Positions 48,305 through 58,030 are shown, numbered from the stretch's first letter. The stretch: 64,000 nt of DNA from a virus (IMGVR_UViG_3300031949_001696), one strand, 5' to 3'. Numbers and translations are program-made. Notes: generated by a model from the sequence alone, not told the origin.

Positions 48305-48907
48305 ATGACCGACTTCGATCTCGATCTCTACGTCAACTTCGGGATGCACGCGATCCTCGGGAGGCTCGGCGAGGCCGACCAGATCATGCGCCTCGGTGGT
48401 GACGCCGTCCGTCGCGTCGCAGCACACCTCTGCGAACGACTGCCGATCGATCACGTCTCGCTCCACCGCGGCATGCTGCTCGATCCCGAGAAGCCGTTCG
48501 CGCCAGATCCCAGTCTCACGTTCTTGTCGTGGAGCGAAGATCGCGACGTCGCGCTGTGGTTCGCCTGTCCACGATCCGTGGTCAGCGAGCCGCTCATGCA
48601 GCAGAACCCGAAGCTCCGCGGACACGTCGTCTCGATACCAGAGCCGCGATCGCGCGTGCTGTTCCACTACACGTGGGCCCACGTCTTCGGCGGCCTCGCG
48701 CAGCTCGCTCTCGCGCACCCCCTGATGGGCGCAGAGGGTTGCCGACAGATCGCGTGGTCTCTGCGCACGCAGCGCGAGATCATCACCGAGCCCGTGGCCG
48801 ATCTCCACCCCGAGCACGTTGGCGACCTCGACACCGCGGCGCTCGAGGAGCTGGAGAGGCGACTGTCACCGCCGTGGATCATCGAAGAGGAGGGCATCAG
48901 AACGTGA
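48305..48907 (+). CDS. Putative ADP-ribosyltransferase-fold protein (R-S-E type)
   Basis: LHRG ... LSWSxxxxVALWF ... QRE. Confidence 0.45.
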   Translation: MTDFDLDLYVNFGMHAILGRLGEADQIMRLGGDAVRRVAAHLCERLPIDHVSLHRGMLLDPEKPFAPDPSLTFLSWSEDRDVALWFACPRSVVSEPLMQQNPKLRGHVVSIPEPRSRVLFHYTWAHVFGGLAQLALAHPLMGAEGCRQIAWSLRTQREIITEPVADLHPEHVGDLDTAALEELERRLSPPWIIEEEGIRT

Positions 48908-49689
48908 AGCTCACCGAGAAGCAGCGCCAATGTCTGGAATACGTCGCGAAGGGCGATCCGCCGCCGTTCAAGATCACGACCGTGGAGTCGTTGGCCCGAA
49001 AAGGACTCGTCGAGCACACGTCACTCGGCTGGCGCGTGACGTCTGAAGGCCGCGAGCTGTTGTCGAAAGGACGAGCAAAGGCACCCCGTACGCCACCCGC
49101 AAAGACTTCGAGCGTCCAGAAGTCGGCTCCAAAGCCCAAGCCGCGTGCCAAGTCCCGCGCAAGCAGCCAGGCGCTCACAAGAGAGACGCGGTTTGGAGAG
49201 CCACAACTACCAAGGCATCTCAGGCCGCTCGCAGACGACGTCACTGTAAAGGACGAGGCCGAGGCAATCTTTTACTTCGGAAACATCGACGCGCGTCTCG
49301 CGAAGGCATGGAAGCGCGACGTCGTGATGCACGAGGGCCCCATCACGATCCGCCGCTTTCTTGCGCCGTCCCACTTCGACTCCACACACTACGCGTACGT
49401 CGACCGACGACTGCTCTGGTACCTCAAACACGATCCATCCGATCCGCTTGGCACCAAGTGGGAGGGCTACCTGCGGAGCGCGGGCGACGTGCCGCGGGGC
49501 GCGATCGCTGTCTTTGTCGGCCTCGACGTCGTGGCCAAGAAGTGTCCGCCCCAGCTCGCGGACGGCGCAGGCTCTCTCGACGAGCGCGCTGCCCTTGAGG
49601 TTGTCGACAGAGCCAAGAGCGAAGATCAGGTCTCGCGAAGACGCGGCGGCACCGCGACCAGCGGCGAACCGGTGGAGACGAAGCGATGA
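48904..49689 (+). CDS. Hypothetical protein with N-terminal winged-HTH
   Basis: LTEKQ...TVESLARKGLVE...WRVTSEG. Confidence 0.55.
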   Translation: MKLTEKQRQCLEYVAKGDPPPFKITTVESLARKGLVEHTSLGWRVTSEGRELLSKGRAKAPRTPPAKTSSVQKSAPKPKPRAKSRASSQALTRETRFGEPQLPRHLRPLADDVTVKDEAEAIFYFGNIDARLAKAWKRDVVMHEGPITIRRFLAPSHFDSTHYAYVDRRLLWYLKHDPSDPLGTKWEGYLRSAGDVPRGAIAVFVGLDVVAKKCPPQLADGAGSLDERAALEVVDRAKSEDQVSRRRGGTATSGEPVETKR

Positions 49690-49928
49690 CGGCGCTCGTG
49701 AAACAGGCACTCGATCACGCACGCCAGGCGACGCATGAGCCGCGCGAGTACCTTGACCGTCATCCGCCCGTCGAAACGCTCGCGCTCGGGCTGCTCGAAC
49801 TGCATGAGGAGAACGGTCGGTTGCGGCTTGCGCTAGCCGAGGCGGTCAACACGCTTCGTGAGCACGTGACCCTCCGCAACGACTACGAGGCGACTATTCG
49901 TAAACTCGGGAAGTTGGTGACACCGTGA
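49686..49928 (+). CDS. Hypothetical coiled-coil protein
   Basis: Coupled ORF. Confidence 0.5.
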   Translation: MTALVKQALDHARQATHEPREYLDRHPPVETLALGLLELHEENGRLRLALAEAVNTLREHVTLRNDYEATIRKLGKLVTP

Positions 49929-49992
49929 CCAAGCCGCCCGTCACGCGGGCACTGCGAGGACGCCCATTGCGAGTTGCAGGGTGGGGTAACCC

Positions 49993-50502
49993 GTGAAGCT
50001 TCTCCTCACCGAAATCCACGACCTCGCGTGCCGTTTCGTTCCCGCGATCGCTGCCGACTATCGCCTCTACGAAAAAGATGACCGCTCGTGGTGGCCAGCT
50101 CACGAGATCGGTCATTTTCTCGTCGCTACACCTGCCGAGTGCCGCGAGCACAAGTTCGGCATCGACGACTATGCGACCAACGGATCCTTGAAGTACCACT
50201 ACATCGTTGCCCGTGAGATCGCAGCGATCTCGATCTCGCAGCGCCTGCTCCGCCGATCGGGTCACGCGGATCTCGCCGACGACGAGATCCAGCTCACGGA
50301 CGAGAACACGATCGACTGTTCGTTCGAGCGCTGGTGCAAACGATCGGTCCACAAGCTGCTGCACGAGAACCGAGTCGTGCGCCTACCGACCACGTTCGCG
50401 CGCCTCGAAGCGCTGCTCGCGCGCAAGGCTCACGAGTGCGACACACCGACCGCAGCGCGCCGCGGTGAGACTGTCGGTCCACGCCGGTATGCTGAACATT
50501 GA
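49993..50502 (+). CDS. HExxH-motif putative metallopeptidase
   Basis: AHEIGH with downstream Glu. Confidence 0.5.
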   Translation: MKLLLTEIHDLACRFVPAIAADYRLYEKDDRSWWPAHEIGHFLVATPAECREHKFGIDDYATNGSLKYHYIVAREIAAISISQRLLRRSGHADLADDEIQLTDENTIDCSFERWCKRSVHKLLHENRVVRLPTTFARLEALLARKAHECDTPTAARRGETVGPRRYAEH

Positions 50503-50580
50503 TGATCAAGACCCCGATCCGATAGACCTAGCCAAATCCTAAAAATTCACTCTTACCGCGACGGCCCATAGAATGAAGCT

Positions 50581-51096
50581 ATGGCCGACAGGACAGCACG
50601 CAGTGGGTCGACGCGACCGGCGCGTCGGCGTGATCAGCGCATGCGTGTGATTTTGATCTTCGTGTTGATGCTGGCATGCGGTCCTTTGCCCGAGCGACCG
50701 TTGCCCTCTGGTCGACAGACCAACCGAGTGACGTTCGAGCTTCGCGTAGATGATCCAACGCTGGAAGCCGATCTCGACAAGGCGCTCGTCGGCTGGGCCT
50801 CGATCGGACTCGTACGCGTCAAATCGGGAGGTCAAATAGCTGCGATACTCGTCGAGCGTGTCGCCACGATCGAAAACAACGCGGCCGGTGTCACCAACAG
50901 GCTGGAGCGTCGAATTTCAGTACGCGCGGACCTCCGTGGCTTCAACTTGTGGGTGACGCTCGCCCATGAAGTGGGTCACGGCGTGCTCGACACGAGCACG
51001 CACACGTCCTGCGGGATCATGGGCGGGAAAGATCTGATTCCCTGCGCGGAAGACAAAGCCCTCGCGTGCCGCCGCGTCAGGCTCGGTTGTCCGTGA
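50581..51096 (+). CDS. Lipoprotein zinc metallopeptidase (metzincin-like)
   Basis: VILIFVLMLAC lipobox; AHEVGHGV...H...GIMG. Confidence 0.6.
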   Translation: MADRTARSGSTRPARRRDQRMRVILIFVLMLACGPLPERPLPSGRQTNRVTFELRVDDPTLEADLDKALVGWASIGLVRVKSGGQIAAILVERVATIENNAAGVTNRLERRISVRADLRGFNLWVTLAHEVGHGVLDTSTHTSCGIMGGKDLIPCAEDKALACRRVRLGCP

Positions 51097-51161
51097 ACAT
51101 ACGATCGCGGCGATGGGTCGACGACTGATCAGCTCGGTGCGATAGACTGAACGAGCCTGCC

Positions 51162-51956
51162 ATGGCGAAGAAGAAAACCGCGAAGCAGCTCGAGCGCGAC
51201 ATCCAGGCCGTGCTCCGACGTGACAAGCGATCGCATGCCACGAAGAAGTCCTCGGCACAGATCAGCCGCGAGATCACGGTCGCGCTCCACGCCCCCACGA
51301 TCACGAACCGCGAACAGATCTCCGATCGCACGTTACGCGCGCTGGGCGATGAACTCGACGAAGCCGCGGTTCGCGCTGTCGAGGCCGGCGGTGTGGGTGA
51401 CCTGACGTACCAGGGAGCTGGGGCAACCGGGATCGTGTTCTGTGACGCACGAAAAACCGCGTACAAGGTTGCGCGCCGCGGTCGCGAAACGTCCGTCTTC
51501 GAAGAGGCCGAATGGCTCGTGAAGGCCGGGCAGGTACCCGGGGCACGCGAGCACGTGGCACGCGACACGCGATACGACAAGAAGCATGACGTGCTCGTGC
51601 GCGAGTGCGTACCAGGCCCTGTCGGCACGTCGCGCCAGACTTCCAAGCTGTTCGACCTTCACAAGGGAATCCGAACTGCGATGACGCCTTATGGTTGGCT
51701 GTCACCAGAATTCAAAGAGGACAGCTACGTCATGGCCCGCGGGCGCGGCCCTGTGCTGGTGGATGCTTCGTCAGCACTCCGAGTCGGCGGCGAGCTGGTC
51801 CGCTACGCACAAGATGTTCTCGCCGCACGCCGGCCACAGACCGAGCGTCTGGAAGATATCGCGTTCGCCATTCGCCAGGAGCGTGGCAGCTCGATCCCAG
51901 AGGCGGTAGCAGACAAGTTGCTCGCCAAACTGCGAGCACGCGGCATCGATACCTGA
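51162..51956 (+). CDS. Protein-kinase-like fold protein with two N-terminal KK-QLxREI tags
   Basis: GAGATGIVF, AYKV, EEAEWL, VLVD; tags AKQLERDI and HATKKSSAQISREI. Confidence 0.6.
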   Translation: MAKKKTAKQLERDIQAVLRRDKRSHATKKSSAQISREITVALHAPTITNREQISDRTLRALGDELDEAAVRAVEAGGVGDLTYQGAGATGIVFCDARKTAYKVARRGRETSVFEEAEWLVKAGQVPGAREHVARDTRYDKKHDVLVRECVPGPVGTSRQTSKLFDLHKGIRTAMTPYGWLSPEFKEDSYVMARGRGPVLVDASSALRVGGELVRYAQDVLAARRPQTERLEDIAFAIRQERGSSIPEAVADKLLAKLRARGIDT

Positions 51957-51972
51957 AGCGCCAGCTCAGCGC

Positions 51973-52182
51973 TCAACGCATCTTCTGCCAAGGGCCGACG
52001 ACGATCTCATAGTCGCCCTCGGGAAGCTCGAAGCAGCGCGGATCCTGGTAGCCGCACGCGATGCAGATCGGGTTGAGGGCCTGGCAGTCACGGCTCGCTC
52101 GACATCTCGGACAGGTGAACGTGTTCGTGGACGCTGCGACACCCGGAGCGAAACCGCGGACTACTTGCGGAGACTTTGACAT
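51973..52182 (-). CDS. Small zinc-ribbon protein
   Basis: CPRC...CIAC; TATAAT-7nt-ATG. Confidence 0.55.
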   Translation of the reverse strand: MSKSPQVVRGFAPGVAASTNTFTCPRCRASRDCQALNPICIACGYQDPRCFELPEGDYEIVVGPWQKMR

Positions 52183-52354
52183 AGTGTAAATTATACACAT
52201 CCGTGGGACTGGGTGTCCAGATACCCGTATCTCGAAGGCGCAGCAGGCGCAGCCGGTGTGCCCGCTCAAGCCCGGGTGTCCCGTGCCCCAGGCCCGTGCA
52301 GAAGCGTACTTGCGCCTTACCTCGGCCGGCACGCCGCGTGTACTACGTGGGTGC

Positions 52355-52927
52355 ATGGCGAGCATGGCAACCCGGCACGACGTCGAGCAACAGATCCTAA
52401 CCCTCATCGAGACCTCGATCGAGGACACCGTCATCCCGGACGCGATCGCGGCGCACGCCGACAAACGCGCGGGCAAGCCGGTCACCAAGACCGACGCCGC
52501 GCAGCTCGAAGCCCAGGTCGGCGTGCCGGTTCGCATCCGCCGCCAGCACGGCATGACGCACGTCGGGTGGGCAGCCGGCAAGGGCGGCAACCCCTGGCTC
52601 GACGAGCGCTCGGTCCTGCTCGCGCATTCGGACACCGGCGTCCGTTGGCCGAGCGGCGACGAGCTTCGCAAGAAGGAGCCCGCGTACTTCAGCGCGCGCG
52701 ACGAGCGCAACCTTGCCCGCAAGCAGCTCCTGCAAGAGCACGCGACCCTGCGCGGAGCGATCGGAAGCGAGATCCCGGACCACGCTGACGAGAGCACGGT
52801 CTATCGTGCGGCGCAGGCGATCGTCAAGCTTCGTGAAGCACAGGAGGAGTTGCAGAAGCTCGTCGACTACGGCCAGCCGCTCCACGTCGTGCGCTTCCCC
52901 ATCGAGAAGCTCGCGAAGGCCGAGTAG
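52355..52927 (+). CDS. Hypothetical protein
   Basis: GGCACG...GTA motif 14 nt upstream; PAYFS..DERN. Confidence 0.6.
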   Translation: MASMATRHDVEQQILTLIETSIEDTVIPDAIAAHADKRAGKPVTKTDAAQLEAQVGVPVRIRRQHGMTHVGWAAGKGGNPWLDERSVLLAHSDTGVRWPSGDELRKKEPAYFSARDERNLARKQLLQEHATLRGAIGSEIPDHADESTVYRAAQAIVKLREAQEELQKLVDYGQPLHVVRFPIEKLAKAE

Positions 52928-52936
52928 GATTCGACT

Positions 52937-53176
52937 GTGAGCGTCTTTCGCTTTCTCAGTAGTCAGCGTCGATCGCAGTACGGTGTGTCGCGCGGTGACG
53001 AGCGCATTGGCTTCGTCACCAAGATCGTGCATCGTCACACCGAGCGAGGGGTCACGCGGAATATCGTCGCCGGGTGGACACCCAGCACGCTCGATGGACG
53101 CGATCTCGCGACGGAGAAGACACGCGAAGCCGCCGCCCGTGTCCTATGGTCCCTGCATCAGAAGGAGCAGCGTTGA
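52937..53176 (+). CDS. Hypothetical protein
   Basis: TAGGAT-6nt-GTG. Confidence 0.55.
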   Translation: MSVFRFLSSQRRSQYGVSRGDERIGFVTKIVHRHTERGVTRNIVAGWTPSTLDGRDLATEKTREAAARVLWSLHQKEQR

Positions 53177-53178
53177 TC

Positions 53179-53322
53179 ATGTCTGCGGCTACACGCAAGG
53201 ACGGCGTGCGCTGGATCGACACCACCGATCAGCCTGCGCGCTTCGGCCCCGCGCCGGAACCAAAGAAGACCGCCAAGCAACTCGACGAGGAGATCGCCGA
53301 GAGACTCGGCATCAAGGATTGA
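53179..53322 (+). CDS. 47-aa protein ending in KKTAKQLDEEI tag
   Basis: AAGGAG RBS; tag at C-terminus. Confidence 0.55.
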   Translation: MSAATRKDGVRWIDTTDQPARFGPAPEPKKTAKQLDEEIAERLGIKD

Positions 53323-53325
53323 CCG

Positions 53326-54141
53326 GTGGCGGTTCGCGACATCGAAGACATGGAGAGACTCGGGGCCCCCGATCCTGGGATCTGGCCCACGCGCTTGTCG
53401 ACGCAGCCGACCAACACTGCACGCGGCGTCGAGCGATTCTTCTCGGGCGGCGGCGGACTCAAGGAACGGCTCGCGGCGCGTGCCCAAGGCGAAAACATGG
53501 TCACCGCTGATCATTCGTGCGTGATCGGAGACGACAGCCAGGCGCTCGCGCACGGAGCGCTCGTGATCGGGACGCGATCGACCGCGTCTGGGATCGGATC
53601 GATCGCGCTCGGCAACCTTCTGAACGCAGAGCGAAATGGACAAATCCTGATCGAATCGGTGTGGGAGCGAACTCGGCGAACTCGTCCTCGGGCGTACTTC
53701 GAGGGCGAATACGACCTGTTCATGAGCTGTCTCATGACAGTTTCCATCGAACAGTACGCAACCGTAGCGGGTATCGTGATGCACGCGGACGTGTACTGCT
53801 CGTGCGGACACCGCGCCACCCGCGGGCATGTCTGGGCTAACGCGATCGAGATCGCGGAACCCCTCCAGCAGCTCGCCCGAATGGTCACCGATCACGAAGG
53901 ACGTCAGCTGAACAACGTCTGGCTCTTCGAGCCCGGGAATCAGATCGAGCAAATCGACCGAGCGTTTCGATCCCTACGCTACGCGGGGGAGCCCTTGCCG
54001 ATAGTCGAGACCGCCGAGGACGCCGCGCGGCTCATGGTCTGGTGCGACGCCCGCCTCCGAGATCTCGCGGGTACGCAGTACACGTGGTGGTTGGAGGAGT
54101 GGTCTCAGCGCGCAAACGGTATGCTGAAAGAAGCGCTATGA
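53326..54141 (+). CDS. Hypothetical protein
   Basis: 271-aa ORF; start uncertain. Confidence 0.5.
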   Translation: MAVRDIEDMERLGAPDPGIWPTRLSTQPTNTARGVERFFSGGGGLKERLAARAQGENMVTADHSCVIGDDSQALAHGALVIGTRSTASGIGSIALGNLLNAERNGQILIESVWERTRRTRPRAYFEGEYDLFMSCLMTVSIEQYATVAGIVMHADVYCSCGHRATRGHVWANAIEIAEPLQQLARMVTDHEGRQLNNVWLFEPGNQIEQIDRAFRSLRYAGEPLPIVETAEDAARLMVWCDARLRDLAGTQYTWWLEEWSQRANGMLKEAL

Positions 54142-54458
54142 CCGTCGACGAAGTCGTCACGACGCTCTTTGAGCTTGGCTTCTCGCCGGCAGGAGAAACG
54201 CCCCTGGAGCACGTGCGCATCCCGACGATGAAAGCGCCCGTCCTCGGTGGTATGGGCGGCGAGCGGCGCACGCTCGGTGGCAGAGCGCGCTACGTATTGT
54301 CTGGCACCGATCTACGGGTGACCGTCGGGCCGCGCACGACTAACGTGTACTTCTCACGCAGTGGCAAGACCGAGTTCGTACTGAACGAAAATACCAAGGA
54401 TCTAACCGCGCAGGCACTGCGGGACGTCGTTACCGCGGCAACGGGGAAGGCTACATGA
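54138..54458 (+). CDS. Hypothetical protein
   Basis: Coupled ORF. Confidence 0.55.
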   Translation: MTVDEVVTTLFELGFSPAGETPLEHVRIPTMKAPVLGGMGGERRTLGGRARYVLSGTDLRVTVGPRTTNVYFSRSGKTEFVLNENTKDLTAQALRDVVTAATGKAT

Positions 54459-54736
54459 AGTCAAAAAAGACGAAGAAGACGCACACACAGCTCGACCGCG
54501 AGATCACCGCCACGCTCTCCAAGCGAAAGCGCCGGCCGAAGCATCTCCTCACTTCACGGAGGTTGATCGTGATCGAATCCGACGGTGACCGCGACACGAC
54601 GACCTGGGAAGACTTCGTCGACGCTAACCGCGAGATGCCGGAGCTAGAAGACGTCGCGGCGGAGCTGCGACGCCACGGTCGCGCCACGGTCGGCGGTGGC
54701 GCGGCGCCGCTGACGGTGATCAGACTCGCCAACTAA
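54455..54736 (+). CDS. Hypothetical protein with KKTHTQLDREI tag
   Basis: N-terminal tag; C-terminal VGGGAAP. Confidence 0.65.
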   Translation: MKSKKTKKTHTQLDREITATLSKRKRRPKHLLTSRRLIVIESDGDRDTTTWEDFVDANREMPELEDVAAELRRHGRATVGGGAAPLTVIRLAN

Positions 54737-54746
54737 GATCGTCGTC

Positions 54747-55469
54747 ATGAGCAGCCTCCATCCATATTTCGTCTACTACGGCGGCAAGTGGCGCGCGGCG
54801 CCTAGATACCCAGCTCCCCGCCACAACGTGATCGTGGAGCCATTCGCTGGGAGCGCGGGCTACGCGCTGCGGTACCATGAACGCCAGATCGTACTCGTCG
54901 AGAAGGATGAGGTGCTGGCGGAGCTGTGGCGCTACCTCATCCGGGCCACCGCAAACGACTTTCTCAGTCTCCCCGATTTGCGTGGAGATGCGACGGTAGA
55001 CGACTTGAGCATCTGCGCCGGAGCCAAAGCGCTGATCGGCTTCTGGCTCAACAAGGGCGTGGAGCGCCCGCGCAAGAGCCCCAGCGCGTGGATGCGCAGC
55101 GGAATCCGTCCCAAGAGCTACTGGGGTCCCGAGGTACGCGCGAGGCTCGCGGCCCAAGCCGGCAAGATCGCGCACTGGCAGATCATCGAGGGCGACTACA
55201 CTGCCGCGCCCGATGTCGAAGGGACCTGGTTCATCGATCCGCCGTACGTCGACGCCGGCCGCCAGTACAGGCATTCGTCCAGAGACATCGACTACGCGGC
55301 CCTAGCCTCGTGGTGTCTGGCACGACGCGGTCAAGTGCTGGTCTGCGAGAGCAGCGGAGCGAACTGGCTCCCGTTCGAGGATCACATCGTCGCGAAGTCG
55401 CTCCCAGGATCGCGCGGCAAGGGACACAGCCGCGAAGCTCTATGGACGAATGAAACGGAGGCCGCGTGA
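54747..55469 (+). CDS. DNA adenine methyltransferase (Dam/D12-like, alpha class)
   Basis: YYGGKW, VEPFAGSAGY, FIDPPY. Confidence 0.85.
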   Translation: MSSLHPYFVYYGGKWRAAPRYPAPRHNVIVEPFAGSAGYALRYHERQIVLVEKDEVLAELWRYLIRATANDFLSLPDLRGDATVDDLSICAGAKALIGFWLNKGVERPRKSPSAWMRSGIRPKSYWGPEVRARLAAQAGKIAHWQIIEGDYTAAPDVEGTWFIDPPYVDAGRQYRHSSRDIDYAALASWCLARRGQVLVCESSGANWLPFEDHIVAKSLPGSRGKGHSREALWTNETEAA

Positions 55470-55666
55470 GCGTCGAGTATCAGGGCCGCACGATCGACGA
55501 CGACGAGATCCGTGACATCTTCGCCTCGATCCCCGAGCTTCAGGCCGAGGTGTCTCGCTGCAAGAAGGTACTCCGCAGCATCGCGGCGCTCTGCAACGCG
55601 CCGCACTGGACGGCAGAGCGTCGGTGGAAAATCGCGGCGCTCGCTTCGGAACGTGAGGCACCATGA
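55466..55666 (+). CDS. Hypothetical protein (weak TIxDxxIR family similarity)
   Basis: RTIDDDEIRDIF; GGAGG RBS. Confidence 0.5.
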   Translation: MSVEYQGRTIDDDEIRDIFASIPELQAEVSRCKKVLRSIAALCNAPHWTAERRWKIAALASEREAP

Positions 55667-56271
55667 CCACAAGAACCATGACCAGCAAGAAGACTAGCAA
55701 GAAGACCGCCGCGAAGCCGACGAAGCAAACCGCGATGTCCGAAGCAGTCGCGGCAGAGACCGTCCGCCGCCTCATGCAATCGGCAGGATTCGACGAGGAA
55801 GAAGTTTACGGTGGCAAGACCAATCAGCTCCACTTCGCGTCTCGCGAGGAGGGCGACGTCCTCGAAGGTCGCGCCGATCCTGGGACGGTTCGGTTCGCGC
55901 GAGAGAAGGCCAAGGAAGTCGAGACCGCCGTACCCGGCACGCAGGCGCGCGTCGAAGTCGTTGACGAATGGGTGTCGATCGAGGTGACGCTGCCAGGGGG
56001 TGTTCCGCCACGGCCGCCACCCGCGAAGTCGCCAACAGCCAAGATCGAACCTGCACCCGAGTGGGCTCAGCGTTTTGAAGAGAGTGCGCCCAAGTACCTC
56101 CGGCCCGGCGACGAGGTCAAGTACACGAACTTCACCGTCGGCGGTTCATACGAGGGCACCGCGATCGTGACCTGGGATCACGGCAAAAGAGGCGTCGAGG
56201 CACGCTCGCTCGGCGGCGAGAAGTTTCGCCTGGAGCGTGCGGCTGACGGATCACTCAGGAGATTCACGTGA
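55663..56271 (+). CDS. Hypothetical protein, Lys-rich N-terminus
   Basis: Coupled ORF. Confidence 0.55.
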   Translation: MTTRTMTSKKTSKKTAAKPTKQTAMSEAVAAETVRRLMQSAGFDEEEVYGGKTNQLHFASREEGDVLEGRADPGTVRFAREKAKEVETAVPGTQARVEVVDEWVSIEVTLPGGVPPRPPPAKSPTAKIEPAPEWAQRFEESAPKYLRPGDEVKYTNFTVGGSYEGTAIVTWDHGKRGVEARSLGGEKFRLERAADGSLRRFT

Positions 56272-56564
56272 GCGACGAGTCTGCGAGCCAAGGCGTGCGT
56301 CGCGACCAGGCAGCAAAAGGGAGCATGAAGAGCGTCGCGATTCGCTTCCGCAACGCGGCGGCCCGGAAGGCGTATCTCGCCGCACTTCGCAGACGTTGGA
56401 AGGAGGTCGGCTACTCCGCCGACTACATCGACGACTGGATCCGCGCAGTCTTCGATCCGAAGCTGCCGGTCGCGTACGTATTCGGTCGCGACGACGCCGA
56501 TCGAGCTGCCGATGTCGCGCTCGATATCCCCGGAGTCTCTTACACGTTCGAAGAGAGCGCGTGA
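56268..56564 (+). CDS. Hypothetical protein
   Basis: Coupled ORF. Confidence 0.5.
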   Translation: MSDESASQGVRRDQAAKGSMKSVAIRFRNAAARKAYLAALRRRWKEVGYSADYIDDWIRAVFDPKLPVAYVFGRDDADRAADVALDIPGVSYTFEESA

Positions 56565-56642
56565 GCGACGGCACCAGATGACCCTCGAAGACTTCAACGC
56601 GATCGCCTGTGACTCAGTTCACGACGACATCGTGAGGTTCAC

Positions 56643-57002
56643 GTGAGTGCGCGCGAGCGGCGTAAGCAAGTACGCGAGGGGCTCGAACGCCGGATGATCA
56701 CGACCCCCGGCGGGCGCTACATCGACGAAGTCGGTGAAGCGTACAAGATGGGCCAACAGCGTGCGACGCGCGCCTGGATCGGCATGAACCCATTTGATCC
56801 CGCACACGGCAAGCTCGAACGCGGCGTTGCGCTCGTAGCTCTCGATCTTGTGACCGACGATAAACTTGAGGCTGCACTGAAGCTGCTCGGGTTCAGATCG
56901 CCTGACTTCGATCTCGGTGATCGTGCCGTTAGTGAAGGCTACCGACGCGGCTACGCGAACCAGCTCAAGGACTACTTGAGCTACGAAGGACGGAAGACGT
57001 GA
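56643..57002 (+). CDS. Hypothetical protein
   Basis: Coupled ORF. Confidence 0.5.
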   Translation: MSARERRKQVREGLERRMITTPGGRYIDEVGEAYKMGQQRATRAWIGMNPFDPAHGKLERGVALVALDLVTDDKLEAALKLLGFRSPDFDLGDRAVSEGYRRGYANQLKDYLSYEGRKT

Positions 57003-57274
57003 CCCTCGAAGACTTCAACACGATCGGCTGGCGCGACTTCCTCCTGTGGGCGTGGAACGAGCCCGAGATGCGTGCGCAGTTCACCGCGAAGACCGGCATC
57101 GAGATCCAATCGGTGACCTCTCCGATCAATGCTGCGATCGACGCGGCAACCGGAGCGAACAAGAGCGTCGCCGCGCGGTTCATCGAGTGGGCGACGCGCG
57201 AACACTGGGGCGTCGAGCATGCCCCCGCGGCGTATCAGAAGGCGATCACCGCCGAGGGGACGCGGAGCACGTGA
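56999..57274 (+). CDS. Hypothetical protein
   Basis: Coupled; its 5' end is duplicated near 56579. Confidence 0.55.
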   Translation: MTLEDFNTIGWRDFLLWAWNEPEMRAQFTAKTGIEIQSVTSPINAAIDAATGANKSVAARFIEWATREHWGVEHAPAAYQKAITAEGTRST

Positions 57275-57851
57275 ACGCACGCGCGATCCGCACGCTGTCG
57301 GAGGCGGAAGTAATCCGCCGCTGGGCGGAGCTGTATGCGGCCGGCAAGCACAAGGGGTACGCGCCGCCGAACCCAGAGCCGTACCTCGGACGCGGCGCGA
57401 CGTGGGTCGAGATCGAGGTGCCGCACGATCTCTATGACGCGGACTGGAACGCCCCCGAGAGCATGCCGCCGCGGAAGCAGCGTTCGACGAACGCGCATAT
57501 CGCAACTACGAAGGTATGGGCGATGACGACGAGAACGTCGTTATTGAGCGAGGCGGTCGCGAGCTTCGTCGTTTCGGTCCTGAGCTTCATCAGCCAACTT
57601 ATTTCGGAAGTCCACGCTCGAAGACAGCACGACGTCACTCGACGAAGAAGAAGTCTCCTGCCCAACTGGAACGCGAGATCGCCGAAGCTCTCTATCCCAA
57701 ACGCGACCGTAGGTCGTACTCGACAAAAAAACCGGCTCTAACAGAGCCGAAGGCCCGTGAGTACACGAAGCTCGCGACCGCGACGAACGTCCCGCGCATC
57801 GAGAAGTACATCAACGATTTCGCTTACTCAACAAACTACCGTGTCGATCCT
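57271..57851 (+). pseudogene. Fused gene fragments; second fragment carries RRHSTKKKSPAQLEREI tag and is cut by the micro-inversion
   Basis: Frame break near 57480; ends at NYRVDP. Confidence 0.5.
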
Positions 57852-58030
57852 CAGCGAGCGCTTGAAAGATTTCGCGGTCGAGTTGGTGAGCCGACTTTTT
57901 CTTTTTCTTCGGCATGTCTCTTCCTCCCCCTGCCTCAGCGCATGCGTCCGAACAAAAATCCACCACGGTAACGCATCACGAACCAGTTCTCCGGCGGCAC
58001 CTTGACCGGATTCGTGATTTGAAGCGTCTC
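57851..58030 (-). other. Inverted ~180-bp segment holding one gene's 3' end and the next gene's RBS and 5' end
   Basis: Minus strand reads ETLQITNPVK...FGRMR* GGAGG MPKKKKKSAHQLDREIFQALA. Confidence 0.7.

Noticed and set aside
54747-55469. Restriction-modification system or second IR cassette
   Set aside because: No adjacent nuclease, IRs or TSD; orphan methyltransferase.
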